In this document: piece after piece, positions 34,486-47,500 of the stretch | Layout: every line of letters starts with the position of its first letter | How positions within the stretch are numbered: the first letter of the stretch is position 1 | From: Bugula neritina | Lineage: Eukaryota > Animalia > Bryozoa | Assembly: GCA_964035545.1 (NCBI GenBank) | Contig: OZ037768.1 | Span: 18,025,700 to 18,089,699, forward strand | Direction: 5' to 3' | Length of the DNA stretch: 64,000 nt | Program-made: the position numbers and the translations under genes | Notes under the pieces: model-generated | Seen by the model: the letters and a program-made list of their open reading frames with translations, nothing else | Databases searched by the model: none | What the model was told of the DNA's origin: nothing

Positions 34486-37082
34486 ATAATCAGTAGTACT
34501 TAGCTTACTTGGCTTTCAGGCTACAGCAAATACTTTCAGAAATGGTTTGCAAACAAAGTTGCTTACTCGACATTCATCAACAGACAACTCCTTAATATAT
34601 AGTCGGTTTTTCATTGTTATTAAGTTGAATTCCTAACACCCACAAGAAATACGGACTCTGCTTTGGTAGAGGCTAGAGCCCCTTTATATTGATTTGCTAG
34701 CATAAATTTTATAAATCGTAAGCCCGAAATACAAATGCTCTAATAAAAAGAAGCAATTTAGAAACTTCATCTTTGTGTCACCTGTTTAACAAGACTGCAA
34801 CTTAATTTGCAACTACTATTTGAAGGTATTAAGGATGATTTCGATGACTTTAATATTGCTCAGATATTAAAATTTCAAATATAATATGAGAAAGAGAATT
34901 AGGCCTATAATGTATTATAAAACTATGAACAGTAGAATTAGCCCAATGCCCATTACATTGCTTTCTAATGCACTTTTACTCAGCAGTCTATTAAATTATT
35001 GGCTGGCAGCCAACCAACAAAATATCTTATTTCACACTAAAAGTGTACTGGTGCAGTTGAAATAAAAAGCAAACTCCAAAGTTAAAATACTATAATTATA
35101 TAGGTCGTAAATCAAGCACATACACTTGCAGGAATAATTTTAACTATAAAGTCAATACAAATGCTGAGCTTACTTTGTAGCTTTACAATATTTTCAGGTA
35201 GCTAGAAACCGCATATACTAATATAACATAAAAATGCCTGGGATGGTCTCAATAACAAAATTTAAATCACTTTTATTACTTAATATGTTTCCACTAACAT
35301 TTGCAATCCTCCAAGGCAAGGAAAAATGTTGTTTTTGGAAAAGAATTAGGCTTATAGCAGAAGTTCACCATATATTAAAAGTAGTTGTGTTTCCTGTTTT
35401 TAAAATCCTAATAAATAATTACAAGGCTTTTAGAAACTCAGGCAAAATAGATTGGAGGTATCAATAAAACCTAGCAGCTATTTGGTCACAGAATTTTGTC
35501 CTTTTAATTGGCTCTTATTTCAAAAATTAAAGTCTTTTTAGATCAGTCTTGGAAGTCATTGCATGCCTCCAAAGCAGCTTGTTTTTTATCCATCAGGTTA
35601 TAAAATAATTGAAGACGGCATATCATTCAGTTGTAGAATATTATAGACATTCATGATAAAACTCATTCATCTGTAGCTCATATTGTTTGCAAGTGGTGGG
35701 TCATTCTTAAACCCTTTCTCATAAACATTATCTTACAGTGATATGAATTCAGATCTCATAATGCTATAAAATCTGACACTATGCGAAGCAGTTCCTCTGC
35801 TGCATAATATAACTCAAACTACTGACTATGTTATAAGAGTTGAATTTATAAGTGGCAATAAAACTATTAGCCGTTTAGAATTATGGAAAGGCATTATTTT
35901 TAACCAAATACATATTAAATTTCTATGAAAGAAGCTTAAATAGTGAATAAAGTTATTAATCATAGGCAGCTAACATCAAAGAAAATTAAGGCCGCCATTC
36001 ATACTTGCTAATACTTGGTTGTGAAGTAAAAAAGTTAATATTTACTCAGCATTATTATTAACCAATTGTTGTTGTATAACTCTAAGAAGAAAAAGATAAC
36101 TTGTTTGTGACATAGTTGTTATTTACTAATGAGTATAATGTTAATTTAAATATAAATAGAGACTTCCTTTAAAGTCAAATAAAAACTGTTATTGATTTGT
36201 AAAGTTTTAAAATTATTAGTTTACTTTATTGGAAATGGTATTTGTATACAACTAACTAATGTTGTATGAATAATGTTTAATAATACTTACATGTTTGTTT
36301 ATGAAGCATGGTGCGTTGTTCAACTGTATCATATGCATGATATTCAAGGAGCAAAACTAAACAAATAGGGAATAAAACAATACCAACTGAATAGAGGAAA
36401 ATCTATACTCACTAACATCAGCTCCATTTGAAGATAAATGCTGTGATATCAAAGGCTTAAATTAATATACTATCTCTACATAGCCTGTTGACAGTTTCCA
36501 CAATATCTATAATATTATTCAATTAACTTTTTTATTTGAATTGCAAATATATAAATGTTTTATCATTTTAAGACAAAAGAGGTCAAAAAGCTTTTACAAG
36601 CCTCATCTTTGATTATTTGTTTTTGAAGTTAATAGATTAAAAATAGGTCTTACATTTAAGCTATAATACATATAGTATTGTTGATTTTATAAAAAAAAAC
36701 AATATTGTTGTATTTCAGTATATTATAACATATTATAGTAAAATTTGTTATATTTTATTTTGTCACAATGGGATTTTTTATAATGATATTGTAGTAGTAT
36801 TTTTTATGTTATAAATTACATTATAATTTAATATTGTTAGAAATAATTGAATCAGAAGCATTTTTATCTCTACTTTATATGTATTAAAACGATATTCATC
36901 TTCACTGCAAAGATATATTCAAAATAATACTGGTGTATTTCATTATATTATTTATATTATATTAAATTATATATTGTATATTAAAATACAACAATATTAT
37001 TTGATGTTATGCAATTACTATACAATATAGTAAATTTGTATTTTAGATTAGCATTACAGCTACTATTTAGTTTATATTATTG

Positions 37083-37403
37083 TAATAGTATTGTTTTATT
37101 GTAGTTTACTGGATACAGCTGCTTGTAAACTTGTTATATTAGCATATTTCAAATATTTATTTAAATGTTTATGCTTGGGAATAATGCTATAATTGTATTA
37201 TCTATAATATTAAAGTTTTTTCACTTTATGCTATTTGATCATATAATGGTAATTTTTTATTTTTAACATCATAATAATATTATTGTTGTATTGTAGTTTA
37301 CTAAATACATGCTGCAGCTTTTAAAATTGTTATATCAGCATGTTCATACATAAAATATTTGTTCAAATTCTCATGTTTTCGGATAATACTGTACAATTAT
37401 ATC
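37083..37403. repeat. Diverged ~190-bp tandem duplication, intergenic
   Basis: tattgtagtttact...gctgc...ttgttatat.agcat...aaatattt occurs at ~37097 and ~37289. Confidence 0.6.
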
Positions 37404-39278
37404 AACTAATTACCTAATTCTTATAACAAACATTATATATCTATATATAAATAATGTATTTATTTCCATTTTATAGAAAATTCTTCCGTTCTTTGTTGTT
37501 AATCAGTAGAGAGGAACAGCTTAGTTGAAATTCAAGAATTGCTGACAGAGAAATATACTGGTGATACACAGTAACTGATAGCATTGCCAGGAGCTCAGTA
37601 TTATAGACTCTTTCCTCTTCAACATTCAATCCTATAAGTTTGAACAAAAGCATTTCCTACAGCAACCAACCCAGTCTGCCTGCTACTCTATTGTCTACAT
37701 TTGTATAAACACGAGAGAAAACCTATAAGACTACATTGTCACCTATCATGGTGTTACATAAAAAATGTCTCATTTACTGTTATTAAACACGTTCATTTAG
37801 TTTTTGTTAATAATTTAAATTATTTGGTTTCTGAATTCTACCTCAATAAGATATTTGTTCTCATAACATTGAATAGGTTTTTAATAAAGTGGTAAGAATC
37901 TTTTGTTCATTTTGCTTATAAAATAAGTTGAAAGTTTATAAACACATCACAGGCATACATGAGCATTATCTACAGTAGGTATAGTATATTGCAATATAAT
38001 AGATACAAGTAGACTTTATATTTCACAATGATAAAGCCCTAATAAGGCATATCGTATATATTTTAAATGAAAAACATTTTCCTTTGCCCCCAAAAACATT
38101 TTAATGCTATAATGAAATTTTTCAAGTTTTTCAAAATTTTTTCCACAACAACACAACAATAACTACTTTTTCTCAACTGCGCCCATGATGTTTCATCACT
38201 TATTAGTTATTATTGTGGTATACACTGAACTGAAACTATAGTTATAGCTCAATGGTGGTATATTTTAGCACTTTAATGATGTTAGCTGTAAGGGGAGCAA
38301 CTTATAACACATTCTAAAATTGGAATTCTTAGTAAGAATTATAGAACATATGAAGCTACGGTAACCTGTTGCCCACAACTGCCACTGACGTCAATATATG
38401 GCAAATATAGCTGCTTATAATCACTCTGCTTCCAGAATATAAAGTCAACTTTTTGTTTAAAACTTTTATATTGCAACAATGAAGTTATTTTTTGTGCTAT
38501 TATAAAAAGTGTGAGATATACACGGCAGTGTTTAAGTAAAGGTCTAAAATTTTCACAATAACAGGGGAACCTGTCAAACAATTATCAGCCTGTTAGAAAG
38601 TCTTACTCGTAATTGTTCGAAAGAATGCTACGAATAATATTCTGCAAAACATATATATTTGGAGATAAAAATCAACTATTTGTTTAATAATGGAATACTT
38701 TGGTGCAAAATATTTACAGCTAATATTTTAAAGAAAAATATGATAAGTATTAAAATAAGTAGGCCAACTAATTAGTCACATTTTAGCAACAAACTATAAA
38801 AATATTTGTCAAATAAGTGATGAGACCAATTGCATAAAAATTTAAACCAGATTCACAATTGGTGCTATAGAATAATATAAATATGATCCCAGTCAAGCCA
38901 CATAGATGGCTGTAAAGTCAAGTCTAACGCAATGCTGTGTCGCCCAGCATACAATATAATATAGACATTAACAGAAATTGGCGTTATCAAATAATGTATA
39001 TATTGTTATTTTATAATTGGAATATGACCATTTTATCGATAAACCAAACAGTGCAACTGCTAAATTGACCAATCATGTGTTTAAACGCTGTGACAGCCGA
39101 TCTTAATTGGCTAATTATCTGCAGTGCATAATGCTAATTAATGAGCTATTACATCAAATTATAGGCACATCTCTTTTCAGCATAGAAATAACGTTGGCCT
39201 GACCATTCATAACAGGAGTAATCATGAGCAAGACTGAAAAGCATTAGACTACAATCCAGCTAGCACAACGCAGTCGAG

Positions 39279-42200
39279 ATGTTTAAGTTCTCAATTGATT
39301 CGTTAATAGACCAAAAGTTACAGAAGACAGAATCAGCTCAGCCAGACATGGCAAAATTCTCCTCATTTTCACACGGAGCACCAAATTTAATTTCTCCGTT
39401 ATCTCCCAAGAGTTTGAATCCACATCAAATCATGCTAAATATGGCGATGTCTTCGTTAAATGAAAATTTCCTGGACACTTTACATGCTAGAGGTTTGTTT
39501 CCAGTGCAGACGCACCCAATACATGCCGGAGCGTTGTCAACATCCCTGCCAGGATATATGACTCATCAAAATATGCACTCGCTTGAAGCTGCTAAGATCC
39601 GTCTCCTGCAACAAAGAAGCGCTCAGTCTTGGTTAGCGGCTCAAGTAGACCGAACACAACTCCATCCAAATGTTCTGTTTCAGTCAGGTAAATATGGTTA
39701 CTCATTGCAAGAATAATTCCGGAGCACACATGTTTGGACTTATTGAAAATTCTTATTTACTCACATGTTTATTTGCTGCTAAGACACATGATCTAACAAT
39801 AACCAACCCATCTTAATAATTTTTTGTTGAAATTGCTATTATTTTTATCAATTTTCAATTTTAAAACTAATAATTTAAATGAAAGCAATAGGAATACCAT
39901 ATGATGTTCACTTGTACATGAATTATATATGTTACAAATGAGTTACACACGGAAACAAGTATATTATGCAATGTTTTTGTGGGGAAGTAGCCGTTAAATA
40001 AGTGGGGTTCATAGCTTATAGGCCTACTGCTGCCGTACAGCTATATATAACATAACAGGCATTAGACCACTTATCAGAAATTAGTAACTTTGTGTAAACG
40101 ATAAATGGAATTGAATGACCCTAATGAATGTGTAGCTGGTTAATTAGTTCTAAATGTTGAGAGTAAAATTACAAGTGGTGGCAATTAGAAGACTAGGCAA
40201 TGCTAAATATCATCACCATGACTAAAGTATAGTACGCTTTAATTGAGTATTTAAATGAAAATGTCAGCAAATTGTCATCAATAAGTGAAGGTGATGACGA
40301 CGAAATTAGGCGTGATTACATGCATGCAGGATAATTATCCTAATGGCACTGGTCGTAACTGCCTTTTGCTTATTGATTTCTTCTTGGGATATAAGCTACT
40401 GTGAAAACTGTCAGAAAGCATGTACAATTAATGGAAATTTGCTAAATAGGTTATTGTCTACTTGACAATAAATAATTAAGGAAGTTGTATTCTGAACTGT
40501 TTAACTTATGGTAGTTGAATGTGGGTTTGCAATCTACTTAAAACAGTGCATACAAATAAACAAGTTGTTATCTATTTATGTAGCAGGTCTGAAAGTTTCT
40601 TGCTTTAATGCAACTTATCAGTTATTTTTGGTGTATGCTATTTGGGTTAGAGTTGCTTTAAGGTAGCCCTGAATATTGGTATAATTGGTAAAAATATTTT
40701 TAAATGTTTTGACAGTTTTCTCTTTATATCAAATTTATTATATTTTACATTTTAATGGTGTGCTTGATCATCAAATACCTTTTGTGATGCATATTCCAAT
40801 AATAATCATTTAATAAGCTCCACCATATAATTCTACGATGACTTAATTCTAGTTCCATAAAATTTTGTTTTAAATTTATATATTTCAATATATTACTTAT
40901 TCAGATGAAAGCTCAGAGGTTCATTTTGCATTTTCAAACAATTTTTGTGTTAAAAACTAAATAATTGGAAATAATGTCGAGCCAGATTTTTTCTGTCAGC
41001 TGTTATCTATCTACTAAATTTTCTAAACTATCATCTAATAAAATCCTTACTGAAGCACATTTTCAAATCAAGCCCAGGTTAACTATTATGTATTGAGTGT
41101 GTCATTATTGGCGGAGCTTAACCTTAATTCAAATGGTAATTCCAAGAGTGAAAACTGACTATTTTTCCTGCTAGATGGTTATGCAATACATACATAGCTT
41201 AAGGCGATTGATAACTTAATTGTTTCATTAAAGCGATGGATTACCAGCACAGCTTGTCAATGCATAAACCCAAAAGAATCAGAACTGCTTTCTCACCTAG
41301 TCAGTTAGTACAATTAGAGGCATCTTTCCACAATAATCACTATGTTGTTGGACAGGAAAGGCGTGACCTAGCCTCTGAACTAGGACTAACTGAAACGCAG
41401 GTAATAAAGCACAGTCTATTGCATATTAAATAATGCTTAGCTTTTTACTAAATAGTGAGGATAATTTGTTCAAACTACTCACAATTATATATATAACTTC
41501 AAATGCATTTGAAAATTTTGTTTACTTATTATTGGTTCTGGTTAAAAAGCTAGCAGTAAGAAACACTAATGTTTGCCATTTTGCTGTAAGTTCTTACTGA
41601 GAACGAAAATATCCTTCCTAGCTGACTGCTTGTGCATAGTCTCAGCTTTTACATTTGATAGATTTAAATCTGAAATTTGACAGTTATTTGACTTTTGAGC
41701 ATTGTTATTTGGATTTTAGAAAATTTGCCAAATTAATAATTGGCACCACTAAAGTTAAATTTAAACAAACAAAAGTTTATATAAAAAGCTTAACAATTCT
41801 AATGAAGATAGACAATCTAAGAGAATTAGCAACATATCGCTACATGCTAAAAGACATACAACAGAATTTTTAATATTTCACAGCAGGTTTTCTATATAAC
41901 TACCTTCTATACACATTTTGACATAATTTCTAAGGCTAACCAGGGTTAATTTTTAGAAAGCTGCTTATTCATTGTAGAGAATAAATAGTTGAACTTACTT
42001 GTGTGCTAGAAAAGCATTTGCTATTGGCCATCATATGTTGCAGTGAATCTAAAGTGAATAGATTTTTTTCTCACTAATGTTTTGTATCAAGTTGTAAACT
42101 GACATAATATATAAAACGTATAATTATTTGCATTAACATTTTATTAAACGGCATCTTAAAACCGAACATAAAATATAATTTTTATAAAATTAAGCTGAGC

Positions 42201-42362
42201 TGAAACTATGTCAGGTTAAAAATTAATGCAGCATCCACAAAATATATTAAATTCAAAGTTTCAACCTTGTCTGCACAGGTGAAAGTCTGGTTTCAAAACA
42301 GGAGGACCAAAAACAAGCGAGTCAAGGGTGAAAATGATGATTGTATTTTGATGGTTAACTGA
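39279..42362 (+). CDS. Emx: Emx / empty spiracles homeobox protein, 3 exons, about 219 aa
   Basis: Exons 39279-39687, 41234-41400, 42279-42362. N-terminal eh1 motif FSIDSLI. Homeodomain [45 protein letters not shown]|[14 protein letters not shown], with the Emx signatures [11 protein letters not shown] and NHYVVG. Confidence 0.95.
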
Positions 42363-42391
42363 GAGTGGAGCACATGTCTTGTAAAGACTAA

Positions 42392-42838
42392 AGTTGCGTT
42401 TATACCTCTGCTGAAAAAAGTACCGAGTTCAAGTTAATAATGCTTGTCCGGGTACCCCTTTATAGTCAAACCGAAACTCGTTGAAATCATATTGATGCGG
42501 TTGCTCACTTTCTGAAATTGAAATTTGACTCGCATAATAGCTATTTGATGCCCTTTGTAAACGTCGTGAATTAGTGAAGCGGAAAGCATAAAAGCGATAA
42601 TTGAGAAGGCGTAGGCTATATAATTATAACCGTATAAGTACGTTGTCTAATCGCCAAAGTAATAACTAAATAACGATGTTTACAAGGAGTTATTACTCCT
42701 ATTCTAAAATTGGCCGAGTAAGTTATCACAGTACAAAAATTTCAACGGGTGGCTTTTACAATGCAATGCAACTCGGAGAAATTTCAACCCGGCCAAATTG
42801 AAATTTTGACCGAAAATCGTGAAGGTATAAACGCAACT
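42392..42838. mobile_element. PIF/Harbinger-type MITE in the presumed Emx 3' UTR
   Basis: Perfect 16-bp TIRs agttgcgtttatacct / aggtataaacgcaact flanked by TAA on both sides. Confidence 0.88.
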
Positions 42839-44579
42839 TAACTTTCACAAGTATTTGCGCCAAGTTATGAATCTGCACAGTATACTAGCTGGACATTTAT
42901 TTCAACATACCACAAAGTTTATCAAATTATAGTTAATTATAACACAACTTGTTCTGTGATTACAATGTACATACTATTATATATATGGATTATTACTACT
43001 TTGTCATGTGTCTATTTATTTTGTCATAGAAAGCTGTATACTTGTTTGTTTGTCACATGAAATAAACTAATATTAAATCTAGTAACAAGTAACATTTGAC
43101 TATTTCTTTTACCCTATGAAATGTCAATATTAACATAGTCAATTAAATTGTGATGATTATTTGTCACAAAAAAGTTTTTAATAATTCTTTCACTTTATAT
43201 CATAAAAAAATACACGTAGAAGTTAGTTTTAAGTAGCTGTAATAATGACCTGCTATTCTAAAGTCTTCTGTCAAATTGGTCTGACTACAATAGAAAACGA
43301 AATTTATGCACTTGTTTATGTAGATAAGAAACATTGGTTTTGATGCTAAATATATGAAGATTCAGGTATGATTATATACATGAGCAGATAATTACAAGCA
43401 CATAGCAGATTGGGTAAGTCAGTTACATGTAAAAATTATTATTTCCATTATATAATATGTTAGTTATTGAAAATTATAATAAAATACCAAAAATTATGAG
43501 TTTCCGCAAAGAGAAATATATTTTGATGAGGTCATAGAAAGCACAAAGTTTAGCTGGAAATGTTAGACAGCGGAGAATTTTGACAATGTGTTTTCATCTA
43601 CCAAGCATTTGGGACGGTTAGAGGAAAAATTTGTCAAACTTGTTTTAAACTAACTTGCAGTGGCTTAGGAGTCACTTTGCACGATTAATATACCAACACC
43701 TCATTTTTTGTAATGCAAGACTATCAAATGTGTGATTACGGAGCAAGCGACATTGGGATGACACTGGAAATATATACTGTCACAAAGTGTAAGTCCACTT
43801 GCTATATGTTTATAATTATAAACTCATATATTATGTCCACACCCACCGCAGCAGCAATTGACTAAGTCACAAGGGAGAAGTAAATTACACCATTATTGAA
43901 ACTTGAATATGCATAATTAATGGCCACCGATGAGACTCATTTATTATGATCATTGAGCTAAGCATTATTGAACTGTCACCTTAGAGCTGTCAATGCATAT
44001 GATTAAACAAATGCCCTCCAGCAGTTGATGATTTCAAAGGTAAACCTGCATCTGAAAGCGATTCATCAATATTAAAAAGTTGAATTTCTGCAGAACTGTG
44101 TTGTTGGGAAGCCATAACACACATAAAGTAGATGTACAAATGTGAATTTCAAAAAGAGTTCTAGAAGCTGAAATTGTATGCAAGACTTGATATATTTCAT
44201 AAGAATTAAAAAAACTTGATAACATAATATTTTATTTCACATTAATTTTGATAACACTTGCAGAGTAAGACAGCATATAAAATTTCAATTCTATATAAAA
44301 AATATCATATATTACACAAGCTTCTTCCTTATGACATCTTCAGCAATACTATAGTAATTGGCACTTGAAAATAAATTTCAACAATGTACACTAATTAATG
44401 ACTTTCAAGAGCTACACATAATTGGTTAATTAGAACTAGTCAAAGTTGACACACACTGAAGATGGAACTGAGTATACAATACACACTTCTAAATTATACA
44501 ATTACTAATATGAGATAGAAGTTTAACCAAATCCACACAGCAATAACATGCAAAAGAGTAGACCAGGTAAAAGGTGTGG

Positions 44580-47500
44580 TCACAAAGCTCCAGGTTTTCT
44601 CCTCTTAAAAGATCTGGTGCCTGATTTACGTTGACCTTTCAACTGCACAACATACGGCAAGAGGGAAGGTCTAGCATGGCACCCAACTCCATTAGGAGTG
44701 TAGGCTTTCAGAGTTACAAACTCCTGATACTCGTACGTAACGGCCACCCAACCTGGCATCATAAAAGAGAGGATAACTACTCATTTGAAAGCATATATTT
44801 CTCAAGCTAGTGCAAAGAGAGACTACCTATGAGTAATTGAAAACTCACAAGTTATTGCGTAGCTCTTCATACAAAGAAACAGATGTTTATATGATGAAAA
44901 ATAAATACTGCTGCACAAAAGTTTTCACTAGTCGCTGCTAAATTTCTAAAGAAAGTAATTCAAAATTGAAGAGAAGAAACATGCATGGTATTGCTGTGTT
45001 GTGAAGCGTTAATTTCACACTTTTAGAGAACATTAAGAAATGCAGTAAACTTTTTCGTTTTTAAAAATGTGTCTTTGAATATGGAATACACAAGTCTAAG
45101 TACTTAATAACGCAACTTTCAAGCTTGACATATATTATTAAACGTGTACTTAAAAACAGCTAATTACAATGGCCAATATATAATATTCCAATGTATAGTA
45201 CTTTAATGCCGACCTACAAAGCTGGCAACATGCCAGTATTGCCCTAAGACAGGGGTGCCCAACCTTTTGTAAACCTTAGTTTGAGCTGGGGACCACAGCA
45301 TCAGTATTTTTCAAATTACCTTATTCTAAATCCTCATGAATCGTTACACAATAACGTCCCAATAGTTTCTGCAGGCTGCATGTTTTTAGCGAATACAAAT
45401 GTAAGACCATTAAAAGGTTAATTTTCAACTCTAAATCATATATGTGTGCAAAATAACTGTATTTGTTATGCCTTTGAGGGCCACATAAATGTAAGCTGGG
45501 GGCTGCAGCTGGCCCTGGGCTGCCTGTTGGACAGCCCTGCCCTAAGAGACGAGTCATGACCTGTGTGTACAGGTGATGACTACAATTTACTGCTGGTTCT
45601 TACACTTACCGATGGAAGAGAGCTGAATATCTGTTTGGCTTTCCTCGTAACCTTCACCTCTAACACGAAACACGTGGCCAATCATACTGGGACAATCATC
45701 CAACTTAGTACCAGTCCCAGGAATCTATCAAGTAGCAACAATCTAATAACATATTACAATTTTTCAAACCTACCTGCTTGAATGAAGTTAGAGATGAGAG
45801 TGTGCGAGTATTATATAATGAGACTTGCTTAACATCAAATTAAGTCAAGACTGCATTTCCTCCTACATACAACACTTGCATAGAAATGGGTCATTTTACT
45901 TAATTTAGTACACCTTTGAAATCTCCAGTTTTTAGCTGTTTTTTACAATTTAGCTAATAATGAACACGGGTTTTTGCCCAAAACTAGGAAAATATCAATA
46001 AATACACCTAAATAATAAAGGTTCTTTTAAATTTTGCTTGATTTCTATGTTTTTTCCTAATTATTCAGCTACTTTTGAAAAGTTACAAAAAATGGGAAAT
46101 CAAGCAAAATTAAAAACAACCTTGATTATTTAGGTGTATTTATTATTTTCCTAGTTTTGGGCAAAAACCCATGTTCATCAGCAGCTAAATTGTAAGAAAC
46201 AGCTAAAACTGGATATTTTAAGTGTGTACTAAATTAAGTAAAATGACCCACATACTAAAACATATTTGAAAATATTTAAGCAACAGTGCATAAGTAGTAA
46301 TGTATAACCATCACATACCACTAACTTGTCTTCTACCAAAGCACTTCTATAGAACTCCTCTGCCTTTTCTGTATAAACAACAGCAACGGGGAGTCCGGCA
46401 GCCGCAATTACTGTGAGATAAACTGGGTGGGCTGACTTGGTGGTCTGAAAAACAAGCCACATCAAGAGTAGATAAACCTCTTTGTGGATATGTCAAAAAT
46501 GGCTTCAAGACATATTCTCAACAGTTGAAATAATTATATTAGAGATAATGGAGCAAGATTGGGAATGGCCTTCAGAAAATGTAGAATATACCCTTTTCAG
46601 AAGTCCCCCTTACAATTAGGAGTTGTGTCCTCCAAAATGAAAGTTATTGAATAAAATAAACTTGAACTCATTTTTGTGGTTTAGCTGCTGAGCAATGCTG
46701 AAGTGCCACTTCAGTATTGCTCAGCAACCAAAACCACGAAAATGCTTTCAAGTTATTTGTTCTTTATACAAAGGTTCAACTTATTCACTTTGGGAGGACA
46801 CAACTCTTAATTGTAAAGGGGATATCGGGACCTCTGAAAATGGTCTATTGCTTCATTTGGTAGACAACTTATGACAAGGTGATTTCTCAATAACAGGTGC
46901 TCTTTCGACAGTTAAAATAAGAACACTGCAAAAAGTACTAAGTATGAAAAGGTACAGATTCTATAACAAAGCAGCAGCAGCCTACTTCCAGGATGTCAAT
47001 TCTGCCAATACCACCGATAAACATTGTCATGCCAGGTCTGAGTGAATAAGTACGAGGCAATGGCTTCCTCTTCATTAGCAACCTTTTGAGATCCGCCATG
47101 CTCATATTATTGATGATCTAAAAGATAATTCATTAGTTATCCCAACTATTGAGAACACGGAGAAAGTGTGGTCATTATCAACATGTTTATTTCACATGGA
47201 ACTCATCATCAAAAATACAACACATCATTTCCCTTATATGTAAAACAATATAGTCATATTACAGAGGCTGTATATTTCATGTAATTTTAACACCAACATT
47301 CATAAGAAAACTTTTCTTAAAAGAGTTTTTACGGGTTTCAGTACAAATTACTACTGAGCAAAGCAAAGCAATCAAGAAGACAATTTCTGATAGGCTTGTA
47401 GTTATGGTGTAGATAAGAATTGTGTTAAATATTCCGCTATTTTGCAGGCAGCATGGCAATCAGGATAATTTTGTGCTTAGCCACTAGTGTTGGACACTTT

